A stretch of DNA of 63,771 nucleotides, the filler included, from Octopus bimaculoides (Eukaryota), in the NCBI RefSeq assembly GCF_001194135.2. It is 3 parts of 3 records of this genome, joined end to end, with 100 filler letters (N's around TTAATTAATTAA, not from the genome) between each part and the next. Parts side by side here need not be neighbours in the genome. Positions count along the whole stretch, not along the records: positions 28,497 to 41,838 come from NC_068982.1; positions 41,939 to 63,771 come from NC_068993.1; 1 more part is not named here. One strand, given 5' to 3'. The notes under the pieces were generated by a model. The model did no database searches. It saw nothing but the letters and a program-made list of their open reading frames with translations, and had not been told where the DNA came from. The position numbers and the translations under genes are program-made. Positions 36,071-51,802 of this stretch are shown piece by piece. Position 1 is the first letter of the stretch; every line of letters starts with the position of its first letter.

Positions 36071-36350
36071 CAAATTGGACAATATGTATAACATACAAAG
36101 TCAAGCAAGTTGCATGATGGTCTACATGACACGTCTGACACCATTATCCCGGAGCTTTACTGCAATGTTCATAAGTTTGAAAGCTGAGCCAACGGAGAGG
36201 AGTAAACTGAATCGCCAAGCGGCTTATATGTACAAGACTCGAATACCCAGGTGGCTAAAATTCATCAAAAGAAGGGCACCAGGGAATCATGACCTTGATG
36301 TCACCCAGCCCCCTTTGACTGAATGAAGGTAAGGGCCGAAATACTTGTAT

Positions 36351-36387
<37 letters not shown>

Positions 36388-36662
36388 TGACCACTTTCGG
36401 CTCAGCTCAATTGACCATTTCTTACCACTCGCCATTTATCAAGACGCATTTGCGCGGAGCAAATTCTCTGGTATTTATTTCAATAGAAATATTTGCATTT
36501 CCTAACATACTATGGACGTATCTTCTAAACCACTTATTTTTCTACACACAGACACATATACACACGCGCAAGCATCCGCGTACACGCATATACACAAGTA
36601 CACACGCGTGTACATACATAGTAACGTATAGAGCTGTAAGACTATCTACATCTATACGTCTA

Positions 36663-36788
<126 letters not shown>

Positions 36789-37364
36789 ATGTATGGTAAT
36801 ATTCTACTATGACAGTCAAGAATTTTTCAAGTACTCTTTTTGGAGACAGCGATATATGCACAATGCAGTCTTCCACCAATTTCTTCTAAGAGACTTGTAT
36901 TCATAAATGAAATATTCTCATATGTTACGCTGTGAACTGTAGTTGAAAGTTGAAAAATCTGAGAATGTAGACGACATAACTCATTTCTTTCTAAAGAAGC
37001 AATGTAGAATCTATAGATCGTTACTCTACATAAACGTTTAATTAAAATCATCATACGTGTAGAGCGTGCGGTAATTGCGACAGGACTAAGTAAAGAAAAC
37101 TATTGAGATTGATGTACGAAATGGTTTTACTTTCTATGACGCATTATGCTGATAGGCTTAAACTGGAATAGTTTTATACAATTTCACCAATTTTAATTTC
37201 ATAAGATGCTAAAGTGATCAGGCTGAAAATAATAAGCTGTGATTATTGCCATTCTGACAGATGCTGTTTTTATTATCACGTTTGTTTATAAAAGCCATCA
37301 TGATATATATTAAAAGTTAAATGTTTTTAGACAATTTATAGAAATACAGCACCTAAACTATATA

Positions 37365-38284
37365 CGAGGTGCCACCAATACGTTTCCGGACTGGTTCTGT
37401 AGAGCGCCAACAGATAACAGCATACGGTTGCGGGCGTAGTGGAAGCTAGGAGTGAACTTTATGAGGCTCCCATGAGGCAGTCTGCTGAGTGACATTGTTG
37501 AGTTTACTTGGCAATTTGTGAATTTTTTGTTTTTGCGATCAAGTGTATGCTGTAGTCTGAGATTTTGTCGTGGACAGGAACAAAGAGCCAACGTGGAATT
37601 TTGCGTTTAACTTCAGAAGTCTGTTACGGAGGCATTAAGCAAGCTTACAGCGATGAGTGATTGGGTCGTACGCAATGTTTGGAGTGACGCTGGCGCTTCA
37701 AAAGCAGAAGGACGTCTCTTGAAAATAAGGAGTGATCTTGAAGGCCTGCCACGAGTGTCACCCCTACGAATATGGAATTGTGCATCGTAAATTCTTTCTG
37801 CAGGATCAGACCATCAATGAAGAGTTCTACCGCAACGGCTTGAAGCGCTTGATGGAAGACATTCGGTGAAGGCGACTGGATCTTTGGAGCGCGAAAAATT
37901 GTATTCTACACAACGAAATGCACCCTGCCACCGAACTTTTCCCACTTGTGAGTTTCTCGCCAAAACAATATGGCATTGCTTCCACATCCCGCGTATTCGA
38001 CAGGTTTAGCATCTGCAGACTTCATTCTCTTCCCCAAGATGAAAATACAGCTTAAAGGTCGCCGTTGTAACGCCATTATGAAGATCAAGTGCGAATCGCA
38101 GAAGGTCCACGACTCGCTTACGGAAAACGACTTCCAGGCCTGACTCCAAAGGTGGGAGGAACGCTGGAACCGGTATATTACTGCGCATGGTTAGAATTTA
38201 AGAAGGAAATGATATTGAGACCAAGTTAAACAGATTACTTTTTATTGAATATAAATATTTCTGGAACTTTTTGACATCATCTCG
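37365..38284 (+). mobile_element. Internally deleted mariner (DD34D-type) element
   Basis: TA-flanked imperfect TIRs cgaggtgccaccaatacgtttccgga / tctggaactttttgacatcatctcg; PHPAYSTGLASADFILFPKMK matches HPPYSPDLAPSDF.LFPK.K. Confidence 0.85.
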
Positions 38285-38743
38285 TATATCTCGTTTAATA
38301 TAATGAAATATCATTTGGATCCATACTTTTCAGTCAAACTGAAAGTCGCCGATGAGCAAACTCTAATGATTCAATTAAATTTACATACGTTCGGAAATTA
38401 TAGGGTATATCTATAGAAAAATATAGGTTATGCACCTTACATTAAGCCAATCGTAAACTGTGTATAATCGTATTAAGCATATTAACACACACACACACAC
38501 ACAGACACCCACACACACACAAAATCACACACATTTGAAAAGTTAATGCGTGGAAGTTCTCCAAAAACGTTAACAGGGGATAGGCGCAGGAGTGGCTGTG
38601 TGGTAAGTAGCTTGCTTACCAACCACATGGTTCCGGGCTCAGTCCCACTGCGTGGCACCTTGGGCAAGTGTCTTCTACTATAGCCTCGGGCCCCCAAAGC
38701 CTTGTGAGTGGATTTCGTAGGCAGAAACTGAAAAAGCCCGTCG

Positions 38744-38776
<33 letters not shown>

Positions 38777-39204
38777 NNNNNNNNNNNNNNNNNNNNNNNN
38801 NNNNNNNNNNNNNNNNNNNNNNNNNNNNNNNNNNNNNNNNNNNNNNNNNNNNNNNNNNNNNNNNNNNNNNNNNNNNNNNNNNNNNNNNNNNNNNNNNNNN
38901 NNNNNNNNNNNNNNNNNNNNNNNNNNNNNNNNNNNNNNNNNNNNNNNNNNNNNNNNNNNNNNNNNNNNNNNNNNNNNNNNNNNNNNNNNNNNNNNNNNNN
39001 NNNNNNNNNNNNNNNNNNNNNNNNNNNNNNNNNNNNNNNNNNNNNNNNNNNNNNNNNNNNNNNNNNNNNNNNNNNNNNNNNNNNNNNNNNNNNNNNNNNN
39101 NNNNNNNNNNNNNNNNNNNNNNNNNNNNNNNNNNNNNNNNNNNNNNNNNNNNNNNNNNNNNNNNNNNNNNNNNNNNNNNNNNNNNNNNNNNNNNNNNNNN
39201 NNNN

Positions 39205-39238
<34 letters not shown>

Positions 39239-39670
39239 ATACATTTATATATATATATATAAATGTATCAAAGAAATGACTTGACCTCTTGTTGTCTATG
39301 GTCCCCGAGAAATGTATATCATGGCAATAAGCTCAAAAGCGTGTCGGACTTCCTACTTTCTAAAAGCTAATCGCATGAGAATGGCTATTGTAAAGGTGAT
39401 TATGCTAGAGATACTCCAGTACTTATACTATAGGCATATAGTTCCTTTGTTTGAATTTGTTTACAAGACATTTTTCAAGAGATTGCATAAAAACTGGAGC
39501 ACTATTGCCCGCTGGTTAGCTTTTCGACACTACTTCTCAAATTATCGATCTGAATTGGTGCAGCCACTGTTTTGGAGACCAAGAATCTCAAACTAATACA
39601 CCTGTTTGTTTTTACACACGACGTTGTATACCAATATTGACAAAACTATGCAAATAGAGGCACGCAAAAA

Positions 39671-39742
<72 letters not shown>

Positions 39743-41838
39743 TACACACACATATGTGTAATATAAAGGGATACTAGAAAATGTAGGAGTAAATATAGAT
39801 AGATCTTATATGCTACATTGTTAAAGTTGATTTTATGCTAATATGTTTGCACATAAAGAATGTTTTTAGTTATATTTGCAACTTTTGTACCTGTCCCTTT
39901 TTTATAATCATATTTTTCTATATATTCAAAAATATTATCGAGTGTTAACTTGGTTCGTACCAGATATTATTTGTAACGAAGTAACCACATTGTAGAATAC
40001 GTAACATTGTCTATTGTCCTTATATTTCATTACTCAGTTATATATGCCATTGAACCTCAACATCATGGATATTTTTCTCATAAGACTTTCACATTTTATT
40101 CTCAATTGATGACAATATCATTCTCGTTGTTTCGTATTGCGAAATCTACAAACTGGAGATTTCATTGCAAATGATGTATTCATAAATTACGTATGCCTAT
40201 ATTAACCTCAATATATACATCATGATTATATTCTTCAGTGATGTGACATCATTATAGGAGTGGCAACTTTTGTACCTGTCCCTTTTTTATNNNNNNNNNN
40301 NNNNNNNNNNNNNNNNNNNNNNNNNNNNNNNNNNNNNNNNNNNNNNNNNNNNNNNNNNNNNNNNNNNNNNNNNNNNNNNNNNNNNNNNNNNNNNNNNNNN
40401 NNNNNNNNNNNNNNNNNNNNNNNNNNNNNNNNNNNNNNNNNNNNNNNNNNNNNNNNNNNNNNNNNNNNNNNNNNNNNNNNNNNNNNNNNNNNNNNNNNNN
40501 NNNNNNNNNNNNNNNNNNNNNNNNNNNNNNNNNNNNNNNNNNNNNNNNNNNNNNNNNNNNNNNNNNNNNNNNNNNNNNNNNNNNNNNNNNNNNNNNNNNN
40601 NNNNNNNNNNNNNNNNNNNNNNNNNNNNNNNNNNNNNNNNNNNNNNNNNNNNNNNNNNNNNNNNNNNNNNNNNNNNNNNNNNNNNNNNNNNNNNNNNNNN
40701 NNNNNNNNNNNNNNNNNNNNNNNNNNNNNNNNNNNNNNNNNNNNNNNNNNNNNNNNNNNNNNNNNNNNNNNNNNNNNNNNNNNNNNNNNNNNNNNNNNNN
40801 NNNNNNNNNNNNNNGGTGTGTTTACGTCCCCATAACTTAGCGGTTCGGCAAGAGAGACCGATATAATAAGTACCATGCTTACACAGAATAAGTCCTCGGG
40901 TTGATTTCATCCGACTAAAGGGGGTGCTCCAGCATGGCCACAGTCAAATGACTGAAACAAGTAAACGAGTAAAAGTGTAAATTCTAAATCTGCATGCGTT
41001 TGGAGAATGACCAAAGACAAAATATTCATGTACACAATCATACTTTATATATTCTTACTTGTTTGAACGTGAATACACTAATCGCTGTTGTATTATATCT
41101 TTGTAGATCAATTCGGATGTAAGTTAACAACACACTAGAATCACTGATATAATTGGCTTTGGGGACACGGGGTAATCGACTCAATACAATTCAGCAAATG
41201 AATTCTTTGGTGTTATGTGTTGATTTCTACCAGTCTGAGAGTAAATTAACATTTGCACGGAATACACTGAGAATCTAAACGATTAAACAGTTATTTATTC
41301 TGAATAGGCTACGGCAGATTTAAATGCGAGTATAAGAATCACATTTGTATAACGTCTTCGCAAACAACTTCCCCATTTAGACGATGTCTGTTCACCATAC
41401 ATTTGTTTGGATTCATCGATCTAGGTGTGCGTTTAACTGGAGATATACAAGACAGTCAGAACACAATTATCCCAGTCGAGTGTATTATGAACACACTTTG
41501 TAAAATAAGATTTTCTTCGAAATCGAAATACACCAACGATTAGCATTGTTACATACAAAACTGTTGATATTTTAACAATGAATACGTACGTCAACAAAAA
41601 TCACATTACACAATTGTGTTGAACTTAAATCCATTTCATGTGTATAAAAGTTTTAACTAAGCGAAGTTGTTATATTTACACAATATTTATTTTCATTTTA
41701 TACCACTCATTTGAGTAAGTTAAAGGAAGGTGAAATGGAAAAATGAAAGAAAGTGAAGCATTCTGCCAGCGATGATAAATGCGTAATCCACTCGATTCAT
41801 AAAGGCGAAATTTGTATACAAGCTGAATTCCACATACA

Positions 41839-41938
41839 NNNNNNNNNNNNNNNNNNNNNNNNNNNNNNNNNNNNNNNNNNNNTTAATTAATTAANNNNNN
41901 NNNNNNNNNNNNNNNNNNNNNNNNNNNNNNNNNNNNNN
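41839..41938. other. Second artificial assembly join (44 N + TTAATTAATTAA + 44 N)
   Basis: Linker at 41883-41894. Confidence 0.9.
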
Positions 41939-41970
<32 letters not shown>

Positions 41971-42251
41971 GTATGTATATGTATGTATGCATGTATGTAT
42001 ATAAATCCATGGATACATATTCTATAATGTGTGAATACATATATGTATGTATATATGTATATATTCATGCACACACGTGTGTATGTAATGTATGTATATA
42101 TATATAATACTCTTATGTATGAATGCACAAAAACGCATACACACACACAAACACTCATATAGATAAACACTCACATAATCCATTCTTCAAATGTACCCCA
42201 CATCATAAATGTATGTATGTATGTAACTATATATTTTTGTCTCGGTGGAGG

Positions 42252-42289
<38 letters not shown>

Positions 42290-42343
42290 TATATAAGAGT
42301 GTATTTGTAGAATGGATTCTATGAGCTTTTATTTATATGGAAG

Positions 42344-42444
<101 letters not shown>

Positions 42445-43910
42445 TGTTGCTGAGTGTATGTGATCACGTTTGCACGTAAATATATATTTCATATCTCACT
42501 ATTAAAATTAAAACTAATGCAACGATCTTACACAAAGAAAATTGCTTCTGTTTGGCAGTTAAACTACGGGTAGAGGTTGAAAACTATCAGAATCAAATCC
42601 TTCTAACGAAGATCGAAGATGTATAGACCTACATTCATATAATAGAGACACTGATATGGGCAGCGATATCAAAATCCGCTATTTCACCATATAGCAAATA
42701 TAACATGTCTGCAAAGGCATCGGTGACGGTTACACATCATGGCGAACGACCATTAGCAGGAACATGCAAAATAGTTAGAAATGTGGAAAGGAAAGAGAAA
42801 AAGAGTGAATACAGTGGGTATTCTAAAACTCTGGATCCATGTGGAAAGTTACATTATTGTCTAAGAGTTAAATAATTATGGTTTGCCAAGGTTATTTAGT
42901 GAAACATTAATCTATACTTCTTTTCGTTTTTAACGATATCATAACAAAAGGAGCATAGATCGATATGATATTACCTTGCTTATCTCAGAATTACAATACA
43001 TTCGTTTATCAAAACTACGGAAACCGAGGTATCAACAAAACTGTCTACCATGAAATTTTCTTAAATTTGTGAGAAAAATTTATTGGAAGAAAAGTTTCCG
43101 ATGAAGTAGATCGATAGACGCGAACCAGTTGAAAGTTCATTGACATCTCCAAAACTAAAACTTCTTGATTGTTTTCCTGCCAGGTTATCTGCTTACATTA
43201 GTCTATATTATGAATCGACACAGAACTATCAATGCAATAAAGCAGACGATGTTATATACTTGCGATAAAATCAGTACAATATATCTGATGTTAAGAAAAG
43301 TTCAAAAGTCCATGGAAACGATAGAGTCAAAATCTGTAGCTGTCTTAGAACTGGCAGCTCCGGCATTTGAAGTTGAGTATCTGTTGTAATTTCAAAGATT
43401 AAAATAAATAATTTAAGATTTCTTTCTATGGATTCGGAGATTTGGGTTAAACACGGTGTCTGCATTCGTATATCTCTTCGTGCATATCTGAATAAAATGT
43501 TTAGCGTAGCAGTGTGCTAGTATGTAGATATGTGTATGTATGGGTGTGTGCGTGCGAGAGCAGATGGTCAAGCGGTTAGGAAGTTGGTCAAGAGGTTCTG
43601 CGTTGAGTTCTTCAGCAAAACACTTCATGTCACATTGCTCTCCAATCTCTTCGACACCTTCTGTGGGGCATACTGTGCATCTGTTCAAGCAACGTTGATT
43701 GGATGGAGGCGGCGGGGGGGGGACTAATGTACAGCACAACTATTTGCTATGATCAAATCGTACGTGCAGATTGTTCAGTAAGAAATTCCAACACCGCCTT
43801 TCTCGGACTACGAGTAACTATCGTCGTCGTCTTCGTCATCATAATCATTATCATCATCGTCATCACCAGCCTCATCATCATCATTATTATCTCTCTCTCT
43901 CGCTCTCTCG

Positions 43911-44015
<105 letters not shown>

Positions 44016-45659
44016 TATTTATATATATATACTTACATATATCTATATATATATATATATATTTATGTATGTATGTATATGTAATTTATATATGCACATG
44101 CATACACCTATATATGTACATGTATATGTATGTGTATACATATACATATGTGCGTGTGTGTGATTGTGTGTGTGTGTGTGTGTGTACGCGCGAGACTCCA
44201 TTTCTCCACCCCATGAAAAAACCGTCTAGCGAAACAAAATATATTTTGTTGGACTCACAAATATAGACTTTAATTTTGCCTTTCACTCCTCTTGTTTTGA
44301 GTCCTTTATTCTAAATCGCCTGCTGACAATATTCCTTTGAACCTATCACTTCCATTAACAGTCAATGCTTCTTTTGGCAGAGCAGACATCTTAATCATAT
44401 ATTTTTCTGGATTTCTTTCGATATTATCATCATATCGCTGCTGTGCATTGTTACCATTACCTTGAAATGTATATCGTTTTCACTAGTACGTAATTCAGAT
44501 TATTTCGAAATGTTAGTGACATACATAACTTGAGAAGGTTGTGATACCACCTCTTCTCATTTTGAAATATAGACTTACAACTGAACAAACTACTATTAAA
44601 ATGCCTTTGCTCATGCCAATATAAGATGTCTTTTTCAGTTTCTGCGCTACCCACCTGAGATATTTGTTTTCCCTTCGTGGATAAGCATTTCTGTTAAACC
44701 TTTTTCGTTAAGCAGACTGGTTTCTTTGGATTCACAGTTAGCCTGAACTTGAATCTTTGCCGAACTTAATCCCCTTATTTCACACATTATTGAGCTCCCT
44801 ATATTTTTTCTAAAGCTGTAACTAACCAATAGCATGTTTTTGTTAAACAAGATGCAATAATTAAGGCCACTAGAGAATTGTGTCGAAATTAAAACTAAAA
44901 AATATGTAGCTATATTTCATTTTCAGTTTTTATTGGTAGATTTAGGAAACATGTTACGCTTCTTATATTTTTCCCTTGCCGCTTCTCATTCAGTAAGACC
45001 CTGGTTTTTAAGTCGATTTTTAAAAAGATTTATAGTAATAACTGCCAGTTTTATTAAACCTAGCCTTATATGATAATATATTTGATAGTTTTCTACCTAT
45101 ATTGTATGTGTGTGTTTCTATCTATCTATCTATCTATCCATCTATCTATCTATCTATCTATCTATCTAAATTTGGTGTGAGTTATTAGAAGGCTGTTCAG
45201 GCAGATGAAGTTTTCTTCTTGAATCTATATGGTTTATATTTATCGGTCTCTAGCTCAAATGTCATACGCAGAAAATTAACTAAATTTATATTGGTGGTAG
45301 CTATAATGTTAACGCTGAATAATTTGAGTGTACAAATTAGTTCTTCATATAATTATTTATAATATATAGCTTTTCTGGGATATGACGCTGTATGACCATC
45401 CTGTCAGGTTTTACCTTTAGGCATTTGTTTTTGTTTTTAATTTATTTAAATTTATCTAATATANNNNNNNNNNATATATATATATATTTATATATATTCC
45501 ACCCACCCATTTAGCTCACATGTTTCAGCTGCGTCGGAGGTGCTCATGCTGATATCAAATGTATCATTGAAATGTTCTCCAACAAGGATCGGTAAAAAGA
45601 GCAGATAATTTTTAACGTCCAATATCTCAACAATATTTCTATTAAAAGAACGTTTAATC

Positions 45660-45880
45660 GTTATGGCGTTGGATTCATGACTGTTAGATTGTAGTTTGAA
45701 TCTCCCGGCTGGACGATGTGTTGTGTTCTTGGCCAAAATACTTCGTTTCACTTTGCTCCAGTCTACTCGGCTGGCAAAAATGAATAATTATACAGCAAAT
45801 AGGTGTCTCGTTCAATCGGGAATATATGTGCTATAGAAACCGGAAACGTGACCATATGAGTCTATATGACTCGGGAAGAC
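45660..45880 (+). mobile_element. CORE-type SINE fragment (relative at 24570-24780, minus)
   Basis: gtgttcttggccaaaatacttcgtttcactttgctccagtctactcggctggcaaaaatg core and shared gagtctatatgactcgggaag 3' part. Confidence 0.55.
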
Positions 45881-47153
45881 GTTCTATTCTTTTTAATGTT
45901 TCTGTTGATGTTTTGTTTGATGATTTCTGTGTCCATTCAAATTCTAACACCTTGCTGAGATTAACTACATAGTTAAACAGAACTTTATGTACACATATAT
46001 ATTATACATGTATATCCGATCTTCTAGAATGCAGCTGCAGCCAAGCCACCATTATATTCCTCTGTGTTCGATCACTGTGTAGTCTGCTCGCCGAGTCCGC
46101 TAGAGGAGCTTTCTCCGATAGCCAAACGATTCTATGAATTCAAATATCACACTACAAATTTGTTATGTAAGTGTATATATGTATGTGTGTGTGTGTGTGT
46201 ACGTGTGTGTTTGCGTGTGTGTGTATACATACATACATGCATACATATATATATATTAGTGCGTGCGTGCATTTGTGGACGCGAACACACTCATACATAC
46301 GTGCTTGCGCACACGCACACTCACATCCATGCATTAAAGGCCGTGCAGATATACACGCGAAATACAGGAACATTTACACATCAAGCATACACGCATAAAT
46401 ACACACACATATAACTCCAAATAAATACACATCCATTACAACATACACGCATACACGCAGACGCACAACAACCACAATCACACACAATCACACACAAACA
46501 CGCACACACTCACGCAACATTCCTACGCAAGCACAAACTCACTGACAAAGAGACAAACATATGTATTAAAAACAAAGGTCTGTTTAGTTCAAAATTTAAT
46601 TGAATGTCTTCGAAATCTCTCAGCCGAAATGAAATCTTGATACTGATTTAAATAACTGAGTACATCACTAGAAATAGCGGCGGGCATAATGTTTCACATC
46701 AAAGAACAGCAATGGTCGAGAAGCTGTTTAAATTAGCGTGAATAGCGTGTCTTCTTTAAATGACTCGTTGATGTTTGCCAAAGAAGTGGCTACGTGATTT
46801 CACTTTCTTCTATTCATTTACTAAGTTTCAGACACTGGATTCTGGCCACGCTTCAGCACTGTATTTACTTACTGGGTGTTCTTTTTTTTTTTTTTTTTTT
46901 TTTTTNNNNNNNNNNNNNNNNNNNNNNNNNNNNNNNNNNNNNNNNNNNNNNNNNNNNNNNNNNNNNNNNNNNNNNNNNNNNNNNNNNNNNNNNNNNNNNN
47001 NNNNNNNNNNNNNNNNNNNNNNNNNNNNNNNNNNNNNNNNNNNNNNNNNNNNNNNNNNNNNNNNNNNNNNNNNNNNNNNNNNNNNNNNNNNNNNNNNNNN
47101 NNNNNNNNNNNNNNNNNNNNNNNNNNNNNGTGGGGGTGGGGTGTGTGGGTGTG

Positions 47154-47195
<42 letters not shown>

Positions 47196-47358
47196 CACAC
47201 AGACACATACACATGCACACACACACACGCATTCACATCTATACACTCACATCCATACAGAGATAGACACGTACGTACATATCTGTACAAACACACACAC
47301 ATATATATTGTAAATTAATGTATATACATATATCATCGTAGTCGTCGTTGTCGTCGTC

Positions 47359-47389
<31 letters not shown>

Positions 47390-47417
47390 CCACCAACATC
47401 ATCGTCATTATTATCAT

Positions 47418-47448
<31 letters not shown>

Positions 47449-47497
47449 AACATCACCATCGTCATCATCATCATCATCACCACCATCATCGTCGTCG

Positions 47498-47538
<41 letters not shown>

Positions 47539-48519
47539 TATATTCCGTACTGGCGTGAGTTGAGCTGTTTGGCAGGTGCTGGTGACCCAAAAAACTGCGC
47601 CAACCTCCAATGTTAGCCTTGGCAAGTTTGGGGGTTGATAAAATAATTACTAGTTGAGCACTAGGGTCCATGTAATCGATTTAACCCGTTCCCTAAATTT
47701 GCTGTCCTTGTGCCAAAATTTGAAACCAATATTATTATCTCAAAGCATAATGGGACAAGCTAGCCTAATCGTTACAGCATCGGAAAAAATAACTTGTATC
47801 TCTTCCGACTCATTATGTCCCGAGTTAAAATTCCACCGGTGTTCCCTTTGCCATTCATTGTTTCAGAGTCGATAAAACAGGTACTAATTAAGCACTGCGG
47901 TTGATATAATGGACAAACACACACAATCTGTTAAAACTGCCCGGCCCCCTAAAAAAAATTAGGAAGAAAAACACAGGAACGGCAAAATATCGAAGAAATT
48001 TTATCGGGGGATTTTATATAAATCTCAATATTGACATCATCCAAGTACCACAGAAATAAATTTTAGCTTTCATCATTCTTGGATTGATGTCTCCAGTTAC
48101 CAGTTACATATTGGTTCCAATCAGACAATTGTTCCCCCCCACACCAAATTTCACTTAAATACTATTAGTAGTACTAGCGGCAGTAGTGGTGGGGACGCCA
48201 GGTGCTTGGCGGTGGTGCTGATGATGGTCATGATGGTGGTTGTGGTGGTGGTGGTGGTGGTTAGGAGACATAATAGTTTTGAAGAAAAACATTCCTTTCA
48301 TATTTTGCCTTCTATTACTGACGATGCTTGAACTAATTACAGTGTTGTTTGTGTATGTGCTTAGCTGTGCATACATACATAAATACATACATGCATATCT
48401 ATATATATGTTTGTGTATGTAAATATATATATATATATATATAAATGAATGTATCGATATACATACATATACACATGCATATACGTATATCAATTTCTGT
48501 ATGCGTGTGTAAACATGTA

Positions 48520-48557
<38 letters not shown>

Positions 48558-48661
48558 CATGCACACAGCCATGCATACATACATACGTACGTATGTATGT
48601 ATGTATATGTATATAGATGGCGTTGTTAATGTTTATAACTGTGAGAAATTTTTGCGTCTAG

Positions 48662-48700
<39 letters not shown>

Positions 48701-48743
48701 CGTGCGTGCGTGTGTAACTGCTACCAGATGGATGGACGTGTGC

Positions 48744-48827
<84 letters not shown>

Positions 48828-48980
48828 CTGCTACCAGATGCTCGAACATGTGTACGATGTGAACTTGAGAAGCCTGGAGGAAAAGAAGGAGGAATAGAAG
48901 AAGCAGTAGAAAAACAAAAAGAATAAGAAGAAAAGGAAGAAGAAGAAGAAGAAGAAGAAGAAGAAGAAGAAGAAGAAGAA

Positions 48981-49038
<58 letters not shown>

Positions 49039-49832
49039 TTGATGATGATGATGAACTACAACGACTATTACAGCATTTGCAACAGCAACAGCAGCATCAT
49101 CAACATCTATATCATTAAGAACTAGAGCGGGAAAATATCACCCTAATACACGAATAGCAACAACAACAATATTATGGGTAAGAACAACCATATCAAAAAA
49201 ATATATAAATAAACGATTCGTCTAAAAGGACATCTCCAGTACTAATAAGAAGGTGATGAGTGACTTGCTTCTCCATTCTGTACAGATGTATACAGATGAA
49301 GAACGTTTCGTGTGATGAAAGCTGCTCAGAAAAGCTTTCTCTACAGACAAATCTATATGGATCTAAACTGATATGGTGCAACAGCTGCTGGGAGAATTTC
49401 GTTTAACAGCCTGGTGTTATATGAGAATGTAGAATAAAACCCCACCACCTAGGACCAAAAAAAATAATAATAATAAGCCGAGTAAAAAGACCCCTGGGGA
49501 TGAAACCCTACTAGGACAACGAAAAAGGAAGCAATTTTTAAATCATTATTTCTATTGTTATTGCCGAACTGGCAGAATCGTTAACACGCCGGGCGAAATG
49601 CTTCGCCTTATTTCATCCATCTTCGCGTCCTGAGTTCAAATTGCACCGAGGTCGACTTTGTGTTTCATCCTTTCAGAGTCGATAAAATAAATACCAGTTG
49701 ACTACTGAGGTCGATATAAGAGACTATCCCCTTCCACCAAATCATCTTAATGCATTATTTTGTTTATCTTAACGCATTATTTATGGTATGACCTAATATA
49801 TACATACATACATACATACATATATATATATA

Positions 49833-49863
<31 letters not shown>

Positions 49864-50582
49864 NNNNNNNNNNNNNNNNNNNNNNNNNNNNNNNNNNNNN
49901 NNNNNNNNNNNNNNNNNNNNNNNNNNNNNNNNNNNNNNNNNNNNNNNNNNNNNNNNNNNNNNNNNNNNNNNNNNNNNNNNNNNNNNNNNNNNNNNNNNNN
50001 NNNNNNNNNNNNNNNNNNNNNNNNNNNNNNNNNNNNNNNNNNNNNNNNNNNNNNNNNNNNNNNNNNNNNNNNNNNNNNNNNNNNNNNNNNNNNNNNNNNN
50101 NNNNNNNNNNNNNNNNNNNNNNNNNNNNNNNNNNNNNNNNNNNNNNNNNNNNNNNNNNNNNNNNNNNNNNNNNNNNNNNNNNNNNNNNNNNNNNNNNNNN
50201 NNNNNNNNNNNNNNNNNNNNNNNNNNNNNNNNNNNNNNNNNNNNNNNNNNNNNNNNNNNNNNNNNNNNNNNNNNNNNNNNNNNNNNNNNNNNNNNNNNNN
50301 NNNNNNNNNNNNNNNNNNNNNNNNNNNNNNNNNACTTCAAAACCTTTGACTAAATCTATAAGGCGGAATAACTTTTCCCCGCTTAACCCACCTCTTGACG
50401 CACTATTTTGTATTCTTCTAAATTGGTTTTTCTTCTTCCGTTTTATTTTTTTACGTTAAGAATCTCCACACGTGTCAGGAATCACTGTTCTGAAGCTGTA
50501 TTATAAACAGATGTTTTTTTCCAAAAGAACTCACACTTTCTACCGTAGATGTCAGTAATGTGCATATTCTGTGAACGCGTGT

Positions 50583-50640
<58 letters not shown>

Positions 50641-51205
50641 CCATATCTCATATGTACATACATACACACACGTATGCACAGACAGGCAAACGCGAACATG
50701 CACACACGATCAAATATCCATACCTTGACACATAATCTCTTGATTTGGTCTTTCGTCTCTCTCAATTCCCTTTCCGTCAGATTGTGTTAAACATATTTTA
50801 ACTAACATAAAGTTTGCTTATGCCTGAATATTGCTTGGCTCTGAAATTACGGTGATTTCCACGACTGCGGTGACCTACTGGAGCAAATAAGAAGTTAACG
50901 TTGTTGACTTTATTATAGTTAAAGCGCTGGCTGTGATAAGGTTTTCCAAAGTTGTCTCTCTTATGTATTTCCCATTGATAACGACAAAAAAACGAGGAAC
51001 ATCAATGTCTGGGAACCCGATGGGTGGTGACTCTGGGCAGATATGCTGTTTTTACAACTTGTCACCATAGGAGATAACTTTTCTCTGCGGTAACTGCAGC
51101 GAATTTGTCTCTTAGCAGACGAAATATTTCAAATATATTTTAACTAACCCAATGTTTCCTTATGTGCTAATATTAAGGTTATATATATATATCTAAATAT
51201 ATATA

Positions 51206-51236
<31 letters not shown>

Positions 51237-51763
51237 ATAAGTTAAATAGAAGATAAATTATATATATATANNNNNNNNNNNNNNNNNNNNNNNNNNNNNN
51301 NNNNNNNNNNNNNNNNNNNNNNNNNNNNNNNNNNNNNNNNNNNNNNNNNNNNNNNNNNNNNNNNNNNNNNNNNNNNNNNNNNNNNNNNNNNNNNNNNNNN
51401 NNNNNNNNNNNNNNNNNNNNNNNNNNNNNNNNNNNNNNNNNNNNNNNNNNNNNNNNNNNNNNNNNNNNNNNNNNNNNNNNNNNNNNNNNNNNNNNNNNNN
51501 NNNNNNNNNNNNNNNNNNNNNNNNNNNNNNNNNNNNNNNNNNNNATATATAAGATAAATTAACCTCATAAAGGGATGATTACATCCAAGAAAACATTGGT
51601 TCTATACAGACGATATTTTTGGAGAATAAAATTTCCTTAAATCAGTAGGTATATGTTATGGATATAAATATCAAATCATAGCGGTTTCAGAATATATGCC
51701 TGTTTGGAATTATATGGCAAAAAAGACTCACCACGCATCCATTTTCAACTAAGTTTATATCTA

Positions 51764-51802
<39 letters not shown>

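Noticed and set aside
39312-39596. Isolated non-repetitive ORFs (39312, 43271, 44647, 61689)
   Set aside because: Short, no recognisable motifs, and no phase-consistent exon chain found.
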